From Pseudodesulfovibrio mercurii (lineage in GTDB: Bacteria; Desulfobacterota; Desulfovibrionia; Desulfovibrionales; Desulfovibrionaceae): a DNA stretch of 32,000 nucleotides. The stretch is from contig NC_016803.1 of the NCBI RefSeq assembly GCF_000189295.2, forward strand, positions 1,920,001-1,952,000. Reading direction: 5' to 3'. A program made the position numbers and the translations under genes. The notes beneath the pieces are model-generated. The model ran no database searches, was not told where the DNA came from, and worked only from the letters and a program-made list of their open reading frames with translations. This document shows positions 8,890-16,406 of the stretch, piece after piece. Position 1 is the stretch's first letter, and every line of letters begins with the position of its first letter.

Positions 8890-9051
8890 CGAAATACCTC
8901 TCGGGTTACGGAAATTCGGGCAGTCAGTTCACTACCGATCAGGGCGGCCTGTCAACTTTTTTCATTTTTCTGAATTTTTTTGCGCTCATTTCGGCGCTCC
9001 CAGACGTCTATATAAGGAAGGACCGTGACATCTTCCCAAGGAGCACACCAC

Positions 9052-9723
9052 ATGAACCGGATTTTCAAGCCCACCCACTCCCCAGAAGACTGGCGCGAAT
9101 TTCTCGCAGCCCCTGAAAAACATTGGAAAAACGGCCACTCGGCCAAGGAACTGGCCTATGCCTGGGAGCGGGCCGAGGGGTGGCCCCCGGAGATCGCGGA
9201 CCTGTTCGCCGGCCACCCGGAGTTCGCGGACCTGGAGATGGCCCTGGCCATCCCCGAGTACACGGTGGACCTGCCGGGCGGCGGCAGGCCGACGCAGAAC
9301 GACCTCTTCGTCCTGGCGCACGGCCGGGCCGGGCTGGTCGTCATCATGGTCGAGGGCAAGACGGCCGAGACCTTCGGCCAGCCCCTGGGCCGCTGGCGGC
9401 AGGACGCCTCGCCGGGCCGCAAGCGGCGGCTGGCCTACCTGCAATCCGTCCTGGCCCTGCCGGGCAGGCTGCCGGACACGGTGCGCTACCAGCTCCTGCA
9501 CCGCACGGGCTCGGCCCTCATGGAGGCCGCGCGCTACCACGCCCGGGCCGCCATCCTGCTGGTCCACTCCTTCAGCCCCACCCATCAGTGGTTCAACGAC
9601 TACGCGTCCTTCCTGGACCTCTACGACGTCAACGCCAAGCTCGGCCAGCTCCAGCCCGTGACCACCTTTACCCACGTCCCGTTGTATGCGGGCTGGGTCA
9701 CGGGCAGAGGAGTGGCGGGCTGA
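9052..9723 (+). CDS. Hypothetical protein with a PD-(D/E)xK-like (restriction-endonuclease fold) motif; possibly a DUF6946-type family
   Basis: The ATG at 9052 lies 7 nt after AAGGAG (9039-9044); the track start at 9025 is a GTG without an SD. GC3-rich native codon usage. The motif is ...QNDLFVLAHGRAGLVVIMVEGK..., i.e. D-x16-E-x-K on predicted consecutive beta strands. The family name is from memory only. Confidence 0.7.
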   Translation: MNRIFKPTHSPEDWREFLAAPEKHWKNGHSAKELAYAWERAEGWPPEIADLFAGHPEFADLEMALAIPEYTVDLPGGGRPTQNDLFVLAHGRAGLVVIMVEGKTAETFGQPLGRWRQDASPGRKRRLAYLQSVLALPGRLPDTVRYQLLHRTGSALMEAARYHARAAILLVHSFSPTHQWFNDYASFLDLYDVNAKLGQLQPVTTFTHVPLYAGWVTGRGVAG

Positions 9724-9882
9724 CGGGTGAGGCTTCGACCTTATTACCTCTGGAAAAGAAAATCAGGTTTTGGAGGCCGCTTCGCGGCGATTATCGGGTG
9801 ATTTCGCCTCCGGCGGGCAAGGGCTCGTACCCTTGCATCCCATATATGCGCCTTCGGCGCGACTTTTCCCGCTCCGCAAACG

Positions 9883-9925
9883 AAAAAAGCCCCGGCAGGC
9901 GAAAACTGCCGGGGCCTCGTTTTTT
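9883..9925. terminator. Bidirectional rho-independent terminator shared by the convergent 9052-9723 gene and ribB
   Basis: A6-GCCCCGGCAG-gcgaaaa-CTGCCGGGGC-ctcg-T6. The stem is a perfect 10 bp with A/T tracts on both sides. Confidence 0.8.
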
Positions 9926-9968
9926 CTCTTAGGAGGAGAAGGTTGAGGGTGTCGGTCTGCGATCTATT

Positions 9969-10706
9969 CTAGCGGCTCGAGGAGAAGGTGCCGCTGGGGA
10001 ACATGCGCGTGGGCTTGGTTACGGCCGAAGTGTTCTCGGGCACGACCATCTCGGCGTCGATGTCGCCGATGTGCTCGCGGTAGGCGATGATGTCCTGGAC
10101 CGTGCACATGGCCATCTGGTGCTTGATGGCGAAGGCCACGATCTCGTGCAGCTTGGCCATGGTCCCGTCCGGGTTGGTCAGCTCGCAGAGCACGCCGCAG
10201 GGCGCAAGCCCGGCCAACCGCGTCAGGTCCACCGTGGCTTCGGTGTGGCCGCCGCGCTCCAGCACGCCGCGCGGCCTGGCCGCCAGCGGGAACACGTGGC
10301 CCGGGCTGTTCAGGCTCGCCGGGGTGGCGTCGGGCGCGATGGCCGCCTTGATCGTGGTCAGACGGTCGGCCGCCGACACGCCCGTTGTCACGCCCTCGGC
10401 CGCCTCGATGGAGATGGTGAAGGCCGTGTTGTAGGCGCTGGTGTTGTTTTCGACCATCATGGGCAGGCCGAGGGACTTGATCTTCGCCTCGGTCAGGCAG
10501 AGGCAGACGATGCCGCTGCACTCGCGGATGAGCATGGCCATCTGGGGCACGGTCAGGGTCTCGGCGGCGAAGATGAGGTCGCCTTCGTTCTCCCGGTCGG
10601 CATTGTCCGTGACCAGCACGCCCTGCCCCTTGCGCAGGGCCTTGAGCGCTTTTTCGACCCGCGAAATCGGGCCACCGAACTGTTTGAGGATTGGCTGATC
10701 CATCAT
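9969..10706 (-). CDS. ribB: 3,4-dihydroxy-2-butanone-4-phosphate synthase
   Basis: RibB signatures are present: [19 protein letters not shown] and [11 protein letters not shown]. It is stand-alone, with no GTP cyclohydrolase II domain, and has a roughly 30-aa non-conserved C-terminal tail. The start may be the second ATG (10703), which has better SD spacing. Confidence 0.93.
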   Translation of the reverse strand: MMDQPILKQFGGPISRVEKALKALRKGQGVLVTDNADRENEGDLIFAAETLTVPQMAMLIRECSGIVCLCLTEAKIKSLGLPMMVENNTSAYNTAFTISIEAAEGVTTGVSAADRLTTIKAAIAPDATPASLNSPGHVFPLAARPRGVLERGGHTEATVDLTRLAGLAPCGVLCELTNPDGTMAKLHEIVAFAIKHQMAMCTVQDIIAYREHIGDIDAEMVVPENTSAVTKPTRMFPSGTFSSSR

Positions 10707-10829
10707 GAATCTCCTTACAGGATTATGAATGAATCAGGGCGCTTGGACAGGCGGACGGACGCAAGCGCGCCCGTCGTGACGCCGTCTCGCTCGCGCGGTC
10801 GCGCTGGCAAGGGGACGCCGGACTGCCTC

Positions 10830-10969
10830 ATTCTCTTCACTCCGGACTGTTACCGTCGGCCCCGGATTCGCACCGGGTCTGCTGGACCCCCTCCACCCGG
10901 AGGGGCGCTCGCGGGCTCACCGGCAAAGCCGGATCACCGCCGGTGGGGACTTCCACCCCGCCCTGAGAA
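10830..10969 (-). promoter_or_regulatory. FMN riboswitch (RFN element) in the ribB leader
   Basis: The minus strand reads TTCTCAGGGCGGGGTGGAAGTCCCCACCGGCGGT...GAGCCCGCGAGCGCC...GGTCCAGCAGACCCGGTGCGAATCCGGGGCCGACGGTAACAGTCCGGAGTGAAGAGAA. This matches the conserved RFN core blocks, and P1 closes as TTCTC/GAGAA. Confidence 0.93.
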
Positions 10970-11186
10970 CAAGTTGCCCTAGGCATAAGACCGAACTGAC
11001 CGGGAAGTCAACCAATACCGGCACATTTCATAGGGGTTTTCCGGGACCGGCCGGGGGACGGGGCGCAACCGGCCGAAGACATGGACGTTTCCAGGAACGG
11101 GAAAAGCGTCGAGGGCGGGGCGACGGCTCAAAAAGACGGCCCGGCCGCCTTGCTCCCCCGCGCTTTTCCGTGTAGTGCTCACAGCC

Positions 11187-11543
11187 ATGCATGAAATGTC
11201 GATTGTCGAATCCATCCTCGGCATCCTGCGCGAAGAGATGGTCAAATACGACGGCCAGAAGCTCAAGAAGGTGACCCTCAAGAACGGCCAGCTGGCCGGG
11301 GTGGTCACGGAGTCCCTGCAATTCGCCTGGGAGGCGCTCATTCCCGGCGGCGAATTCGACGGGGCCGAACTCGAAATCATCGAGGTGCCGGTCAAGGTGG
11401 CCTGCGGCGAATGCGGCGAGGTGTTTCGCCCGGACCACACCCGGTGCATGCCCTGCCCCAAGTGCGAAGCCCTGCTGGGCCACACGGTGCTGGAAGGAAA
11501 GGAACTGCTCATCGACTCCATCGAAGTGGACGACCAGCAATAA
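11187..11543 (+). CDS. hypA: Hydrogenase nickel insertion protein HypA
   Basis: It starts MHEMSIVESIL, the canonical HypA N-terminal metal-binding MHE motif. Zinc-site CxxC pairs are present (CGECG ... CPKC). The track start at 11175 is an upstream GTG. Confidence 0.9.
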   Translation: MHEMSIVESILGILREEMVKYDGQKLKKVTLKNGQLAGVVTESLQFAWEALIPGGEFDGAELEIIEVPVKVACGECGEVFRPDHTRCMPCPKCEALLGHTVLEGKELLIDSIEVDDQQ

Positions 11544-11558
11544 CGACAAGGAGTGACC

Positions 11559-12218
11559 ATGTCCAAGGAAGTGACCATAGTCCGCAACGTCCTCGAGGCC
11601 AACGACCGTCTGGCCGAAGAGCTCCAGAACAAATTTCGGGTCAAGAAGATCCTCTGCCTGAACCTGATGAGTTCGCCGGGCGCGGGCAAGACCACCCTGC
11701 TCGAACGGACCCTGACCGACCTCAAGGATGAATTCAAGATGGCCGTCATCGAGGGCGACCTGCAGACCGACAACGATGCCCAGCGCGTGGCCGCCACCGG
11801 GGCCCAGGCCGTGCAGATCAACACCGAGGGCGGCTGCCACCTGGATTCCGGCATGGTCATGGACGCCCTCAAGGCCATCGACACCGACGGCCTGGACATC
11901 CTGTTCGTGGAGAACGTGGGCAACCTGGTCTGCCCGGCCGAGTTCAACGTGGGCGAGGACTACAAGGTCACCCTGCTGTCCGTGACCGAGGGCGACGACA
12001 AGCCCGAGAAGTACCCGTTCATGTTCCACATCTCCGCGGTCATGCTCCTGAACAAGGTGGACCTGCTGCCCTACGTGGATTTCGACCTGAAAAAGGCCGA
12101 GGCCCACGCCAGGAAGCTGAACAAGGACATCCAGGTCATGCCCATCTCCGCCCGCACCGGCGAGAACATGGACCAGTGGTACGCCTGGCTGCGCGAGAAG
12201 CGCGCCGAGAAACTGTAA
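11559..12218 (+). CDS. hypB: Hydrogenase nickel incorporation GTPase HypB
   Basis: The ATG at 11559 lies 5 nt after AAGGAG (11548-11553). P-loop SSPGAGKTTLLE, the CH motif region EGGCHLD, ENVGNLVCPA and the NKVDL G4 motif are present. There is no N-terminal His-rich stretch. Confidence 0.93.
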   Translation: MSKEVTIVRNVLEANDRLAEELQNKFRVKKILCLNLMSSPGAGKTTLLERTLTDLKDEFKMAVIEGDLQTDNDAQRVAATGAQAVQINTEGGCHLDSGMVMDALKAIDTDGLDILFVENVGNLVCPAEFNVGEDYKVTLLSVTEGDDKPEKYPFMFHISAVMLLNKVDLLPYVDFDLKKAEAHARKLNKDIQVMPISARTGENMDQWYAWLREKRAEKL

Positions 12219-12333
12219 GCAGAGAAAATTTTCCGTCGCAATTCAATCCGTCCATAGTGACACTAACTCTATGGTCGACTGATAGTCGAGAAAACATACA
12301 ATTGCGCCATGTTGAAATGGCTAAAAGTCAATA

Positions 12334-12368
12334 ACAGAAAGCCGTCTTTGACGGTTTTCTGTTGTTTT
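12334..12368. terminator. Rho-independent terminator in the hypB / HEPN-gene convergent spacer
   Basis: ACAGAAAGCCGTC-TTT-GACGGTTTTCTGT forms a 13-bp stem with one G-U pair, followed by TGTTTT on the plus strand. The minus strand has a weaker T-rich tail. Confidence 0.65.
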
Positions 12369-12430
12369 GCATTAAGCTGTGGAGGCAAGACTCTAACGGA
12401 GGGCTGGTTGCCAGGGTTGACAAAATCAAC

Positions 12431-13105
12431 TTAGGGCCGAATGCCTTTATATTTGTCATACTTTGCCCTCAAATATAACTGCTGGACAGCTGTGTTTTCG
12501 ATATCAGCACCAAAGCGATCTATGGAGGAATAGACAAAATCAACAACTTCGATCGCATACCTTTGGGGTATGTCTATCAGTTCGCCATGAGCGATTGCGC
12601 ACCTATTCATTACGAGTTCATTAATAAAGGGTGCTCGTTGTGACCAATGTTCGGAGTACTCCATTCCAATAATTGAACATATGTTTTCAAAAACGTCGGA
12701 GTTAAGGTTTGATTCTGTATCAATCGCAGGTGCCTCTGAGTATTTTAACCCTTCTAGTACCTCCGATTTATAAAATCGGATCAAATCAAGATGAGGGGCA
12801 ATACGCTTGGTAGCCAAAACAGATGTATTAATTTTATTTTTACAACAAATTGCGTGAAAATTATCGGTCATGTCTGAAACTGCTGGTTTTAAATGTGTGA
12901 GATATGTCAAGTATGACATTGCACTATGTTTAATAAAACCTTCCCAGTGTGCATAGGCGAACACAACAGAAGACCTAAAAAAGAACTGACGAAATCCAAC
13001 CCTTCCATCAGAAATGAGGCTTTTGTGAGTTATTAATTCTTTTTTCCGTTTAGCACTATTTGCTGCTAAACAATTAATTAACTCTTCTAGCGATCTTATT
13101 TTCAT
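12431..13105 (-). CDS. HEPN-domain protein (Rx4H motif), probably the MAE_28990/MAE_18760-like HEPN family; predicted RNase effector
   Basis: 224 aa. NRCAIAHG contains the HEPN catalytic signature R-x4-H in the C-terminal third of a predicted all-helical protein. The start ATG overlaps the upstream gene's TGA (ATGA at 13102-13105). The family name is from memory and is not searchable here. Confidence 0.7.
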   Translation of the reverse strand: MKIRSLEELINCLAANSAKRKKELITHKSLISDGRVGFRQFFFRSSVVFAYAHWEGFIKHSAMSYLTYLTHLKPAVSDMTDNFHAICCKNKINTSVLATKRIAPHLDLIRFYKSEVLEGLKYSEAPAIDTESNLNSDVFENICSIIGMEYSEHWSQRAPFINELVMNRCAIAHGELIDIPQRYAIEVVDFVYSSIDRFGADIENTAVQQLYLRAKYDKYKGIRP

Positions 13106-14220
13106 TGTTGGAAAAGACTTACCCCAAACGCAATTGTCTGAGGTATTCTTGTTGAAGCTCTTACGCCTGATCCCACAGACTTACCAAGTCCTTCTGTTAT
13201 CTTCCCCCAAAGCTCTTTATGCTTTTCCTGGAACTCATCGATATTAGGCTCACTACCTCCACGAAGGATGTGAATCCCTAACCCTATGGCGACAACTTCG
13301 AAAATTGATATTAACGAAGCACCGTAATACACTTTTTTATCTGGATTGTATTTGCGGAATGAATTCTCCCCCAAGGCTGCATCTAAAAATGTAAACACTT
13401 TGGTAAACACATCCAGCACACTATGCAATTGGTTATGATCATTTATGATTTTTAATATTGCAGTTGTTAAATAGTCGCCAAGTTCGCTTATACCTGCTAA
13501 ATCCTCGTAAGATGATAATGCCAAGACAATAAATCGTGTTACCAATTCAAGGTCATATGATTCATTTATCTGTTTTTCCGAGAACAGGAATGAGCCCTTA
13601 AAAGCATCCAAGCTGGCCATGTCTTGCATCCAAGTCAAGGCGTCTTTATTCGTCATCAATATTATGCAATTTCTAACTTCTTGATCGGTTGCGTTTGAGC
13701 CGCCAGTATTCAATCTTTGAAATATTTCGTACTTTGCAATAGCATCACTTGATTTTTTTATTATCGATATATCAATTCTTGATCGTTTGATTTTAATTCT
13801 TGCTGCTTCTGGAAGTTCAATGTTGTCATCATCATTTTCTTCGACACTCCACCTCTTTCCTTCTAAGTCAGGGAGATATCTTGTCTTTACTAAAGTAAGG
13901 GGTGGCTTCTTATTGCCGTTTTCATCCACATACTCGCCCATCACCTCTAGAACAGTTGACAACCTTTGAAGACCATCAATAACCTCCCATTTTGAATCCT
14001 CTTTTTCAGCAACAAAAACGGGTGGTATTGGTATTCCCAAAAGAAATGACTCGATTAGCTTGGACTTTTGCTCCAGCTCCCATCTGAAAAATCTTTGGAA
14101 TTCTGGGTGAATATCTATTTCTTTGTCCTTATACATTGTGACCAATTCATTGATCGACATTGAATAAGAGTCCGCAGAGACTGTTGCGGAATGTTGCTCA
14201 ATTTCATCTATAAGCGGCAT
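13102..14220 (-). CDS. DUF262 (ParB/Srx-like, GmrSD N-terminal type) domain protein lacking a DUF1524/His-Me nuclease domain
   Basis: 372 aa. The three DUF262 hallmark motifs are present: HPEFQRFFRW, VIDGLQRLST (DGQQR box) and FQRLNTGGSNAT. The roughly 170-aa C-terminal region has no recognisable nuclease motif. SD GAGGA lies 7 nt upstream of the ATG at 14220. Confidence 0.88.
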   Translation of the reverse strand: MPLIDEIEQHSATVSADSYSMSINELVTMYKDKEIDIHPEFQRFFRWELEQKSKLIESFLLGIPIPPVFVAEKEDSKWEVIDGLQRLSTVLEVMGEYVDENGNKKPPLTLVKTRYLPDLEGKRWSVEENDDDNIELPEAARIKIKRSRIDISIIKKSSDAIAKYEIFQRLNTGGSNATDQEVRNCIILMTNKDALTWMQDMASLDAFKGSFLFSEKQINESYDLELVTRFIVLALSSYEDLAGISELGDYLTTAILKIINDHNQLHSVLDVFTKVFTFLDAALGENSFRKYNPDKKVYYGASLISIFEVVAIGLGIHILRGGSEPNIDEFQEKHKELWGKITEGLGKSVGSGVRASTRIPQTIAFGVSLFQQ

Positions 14221-14455
14221 TTGGGATTCCTCTGTTTTATTTTTTTGTATTTATTAGCAAATGTTCTCCTCCGTGCCAACTGCTCATTTATCTTATGGGA
14301 GTGTGTACTTCAATTTAATTATAATTTTATCATATTCTCACACAAAATAATAGATATTTTAAAACACTGCATCTTACAATGTTTGATATTTGTCGTGGGC
14401 TAATTTTTCGCCCTTTTTGATTGGCTTCTCGTGGACGGCGGGGTAGGGTGGACCC

Positions 14456-15787
14456 ATGCCGTTTCCCAGAGACCTGCCCCTTGAGGCCGTGTTCGCCTCC
14501 ATCGCCGACGGACTGTTCACCGTGGACGCCGAGTGGAACGTGACCTATTTCAATGAGGCCGCCGAGCGCATCACCGGCATCTCCCAGGCAGACGCCCTGG
14601 GGCGCAAGTGCTGGGACGTGTTCCGCTCGTCCCTGTGCGACGGCCAGTGCGCCGTGAAGTCCTGCATCCGCAAGGGCGGGCGCATCGTCAACAAGTCCAT
14701 CTTCATCGTCCGCTCGGACGGCACGACCCTGCCCATCTCCATCTCGGCCTCGCCCCTCAAGAACAAGGACGGCGTGGTCGTCGGCGGGGTGGAGACCTTC
14801 CGCGACCTGACCGACATCCACGTCTCGCGCCAGCAGGCCAAGGACATCTACCGCTTCGAGAACATCGTGGGCCGCTCCCAGGCCCTGGACAAGATCTTCC
14901 GCATCCTGCCGCAGATCAGCCAGTCCGAGGCCACCACCCTGCTGCTCGGCCAGAGCGGCACGGGCAAGGAGCTCTTCGCCCGGGCCATCCACTCCCTGAG
15001 CGCGCGCAAGGACGGGCCGTTCGTGGCCGTGAACTGCGGTGCCCTGCCCGACACCCTGCTCGAATCCGAGCTGTTCGGGTACAAGGCGGGCGCCTTCACC
15101 GACGCGCGCACGGACAAGCCGGGCCGGTTCGAGCTGGCCGACGGCGGCACGGTCTTCCTGGACGAGATCGGCGACATGCCCCAGAACCTCCAGGTCAAGC
15201 TCCTGCGCTTCCTCCAGGAAAAGACCTTCGAGCCGCTGGGCGGCGTGACCCCGGTCAGGGCCGACGTGCGCGTGGTGGCCGCCACCAACCGCAACCTCGA
15301 GGACGCCGTGGCCGAAGGCAGCTTCCGCCAGGACCTGTTCTACCGCCTCAACGTGGTCACCCTGACCCTGCCGCCCCTGACCGAGCGCCAGGAGGACCTG
15401 CCCCTGCTCATCGACCACTTCCTGGCGGAATTCAATGCCCTGCGCAACAAGGCCATCCTCGGGGTCAGCGAGGACGCCATGCACGTGCTCATGCGCCACG
15501 ACTTCCCCGGCAACGTGCGCGAACTGGAAAACATCCTCGAATACGCCTTCATCCTCTGCCCGGACGGGTTCATCCAGGTGGAGCACCTCCCGGAATACCT
15601 CCTGCCCAAGGCCGGACGCCGCGCCGGGTCCGCCGGACTGTCCGGGACCATGGACGCCATCAAGCGCCGCGCCGCCCGCCAGGCCGTGCGCCGCAACAAC
15701 GGCAGGCGCATGGCCGCCTGCCGCGAACTGGGCATCACCAAGGATACCCTGCGCCGCCTCCTGGCCGAGCCCGGCAAGGGCGAATAA
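14456..15787 (+). CDS. Sigma-54-dependent transcriptional activator (PAS sensor - AAA+ - Fis-type HTH)
   Basis: 443 aa. The N-terminal PAS domain has a 4-Cys cluster. Walker A is GQSGTGKE, the GAFTGA-type loop reads GAFTDA, and Walker B is VFLDEIGDM. ESELFGY and the C-terminal HTH (AACRELGITKDTLRRLL) are present. Confidence 0.93.
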   Translation: MPFPRDLPLEAVFASIADGLFTVDAEWNVTYFNEAAERITGISQADALGRKCWDVFRSSLCDGQCAVKSCIRKGGRIVNKSIFIVRSDGTTLPISISASPLKNKDGVVVGGVETFRDLTDIHVSRQQAKDIYRFENIVGRSQALDKIFRILPQISQSEATTLLLGQSGTGKELFARAIHSLSARKDGPFVAVNCGALPDTLLESELFGYKAGAFTDARTDKPGRFELADGGTVFLDEIGDMPQNLQVKLLRFLQEKTFEPLGGVTPVRADVRVVAATNRNLEDAVAEGSFRQDLFYRLNVVTLTLPPLTERQEDLPLLIDHFLAEFNALRNKAILGVSEDAMHVLMRHDFPGNVRELENILEYAFILCPDGFIQVEHLPEYLLPKAGRRAGSAGLSGTMDAIKRRAARQAVRRNNGRRMAACRELGITKDTLRRLLAEPGKGE

Positions 15788-15809
15788 TTCGCCCCACTTC
15801 GCTCCATTA

Positions 15810-15837
15810 GGGCGGAAAAATCGCCCTTTTGTTTGTT
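15810..15837 (+). terminator. Weak terminator-like hairpin after the activator gene (alternatively a GGGCG-N7-CGCCC protein-binding palindrome)
   Basis: GGGCG-gaaaaat-CGCCC is followed by TTTTGTTTGTT. The stem is only 5 bp. Confidence 0.35.
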
Positions 15838-15878
15838 CCAGCCTCAGCCAACCACCTTATTTAAATTGATATTTTATT

Positions 15879-15894
15879 TGGCACGCTCCATGCT
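15879..15894 (+). promoter_or_regulatory. Sigma-54 (-24/-12) promoter for the NifX-like/Mrp operon
   Basis: TGGCAC-GCTCC-ATGCT has exact GG-N10-GC spacing. It lies 50 nt upstream of the 15945 ATG, is preceded by an A/T-rich tract, and sits directly downstream of a sigma-54 activator gene. Confidence 0.7.
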
Positions 15895-15944
15895 TTAAAA
15901 GAAGCAACCGGTTCGGGTCCTGCCGGACTTTTTGGAGAGCGACG

Positions 15945-16295
15945 ATGAAAACGGATTCCGCCAAGCTGATCTGCCTGGCGTGCTACCAGGACCGACTGGC
16001 CTCCGTGTGCGAGAACGCGGACGGATACAAGCTTTTTGAAATACGCGACGACAAATCTTACCCCGCAGGCCTCCTATCCCTTCCCTCAAAGGACCCTATG
16101 GACAGGACATCCGCCATATTGGCCTGCGGGGTAACCATTTTTCTGTGCGGCGCCATCTGCAACCGCACCCGGCATGCCCTGGAACGGGCCGGGATCACGG
16201 TCATCCCCTGGCTTACCGGCACCGAAGGGCAGGTCCTCGACGGATTCCTGCGCGGCGGCCTGGACGAACTGACCATGCCGGGGGCCTCGGTTTGA
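15945..16295 (+). CDS. NifB/NifX-family (dinitrogenase FeMo-cofactor-binding-like, MTH1175-type) protein
   Basis: 116 aa. The pattern ...AILACGVTIFLCGAICNRTRHALERAGITVIPWLTGTEGQVLDGFLRG matches the characteristic C-terminal half of the NifX/NifB-like domain. SD GGAGAG is present. Confidence 0.75.
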   Translation: MKTDSAKLICLACYQDRLASVCENADGYKLFEIRDDKSYPAGLLSLPSKDPMDRTSAILACGVTIFLCGAICNRTRHALERAGITVIPWLTGTEGQVLDGFLRGGLDELTMPGASV

Positions 16296-16406
16296 CATTT
16301 CCCCGACTATGGTTATTTGTCAGTAACCCGGCCGCGGGCGTTCGCCGGTCGGGTTCCGCATCTACCTCTAGGGCGGCTTCGGGTCGCCATTTTTCAGGAG
16401 AACAGT

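Larger units (their letters stand above)
12225..14430. other. AT-rich genomic islet (probable horizontally acquired insertion) carrying the DUF262-HEPN operon
   Basis: Composition changes abruptly right after the hypB stop (12218) and again around 14400-14430. Sampled 60-nt lines are 25-42% G+C inside versus about 58% or more outside. Codon usage of the two islet genes is A/T3-rich, unlike every other gene in the window. No integrase, transposase, tRNA or convincing flanking direct repeats were seen. Confidence 0.75.

Noticed and set aside
11100-11186. Sigma-54-like GG/GC elements upstream of hypA (GGCCC...CTTGCT) and upstream of the vWA-OmpA gene (GGAACCCATGCTTTGC, about 29306-29321)
   Set aside because: The GG-to-GC spacing is off by 2-3 nt in every register tried.
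12226-12242. Possible att-like direct repeat: AAAATTTTCCGTCGC at the left islet edge versus AATTTTTCGCCC at about 14402-14414
   Set aside because: The match is short, gapped and A/T-biased, well within chance expectation. I cannot define target-site duplications by eye.
12309-12398. 29-aa plus-strand ORF (MLKWLKVNNRKPSLTVFCCFALSCGGKTL) in the hypB-HEPN spacer, considered as a small toxin or antitoxin
   Set aside because: It has no SD, and its sequence is mostly the terminator hairpin itself.
14255-14279. Minus-strand TGGCAC ... TTTGCT upstream of the DUF262 gene, resembling a sigma-54 promoter
   Set aside because: The spacing between the GG and GC elements is far from the obligatory 10 nt (about 12 nt lie between TGGCAC and TTGC), so it cannot be a -24/-12 promoter.
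14191-14403. 70-aa hydrophobic plus-strand ORF in the AT-rich DUF262 upstream region. The 60-aa ORF at 13787..13969(+) is a similar case.
   Set aside because: It has no SD and overlaps, or lies antisense to, the DUF262 gene and its promoter. AT-rich DNA yields F/L/I-rich ORFs by chance.
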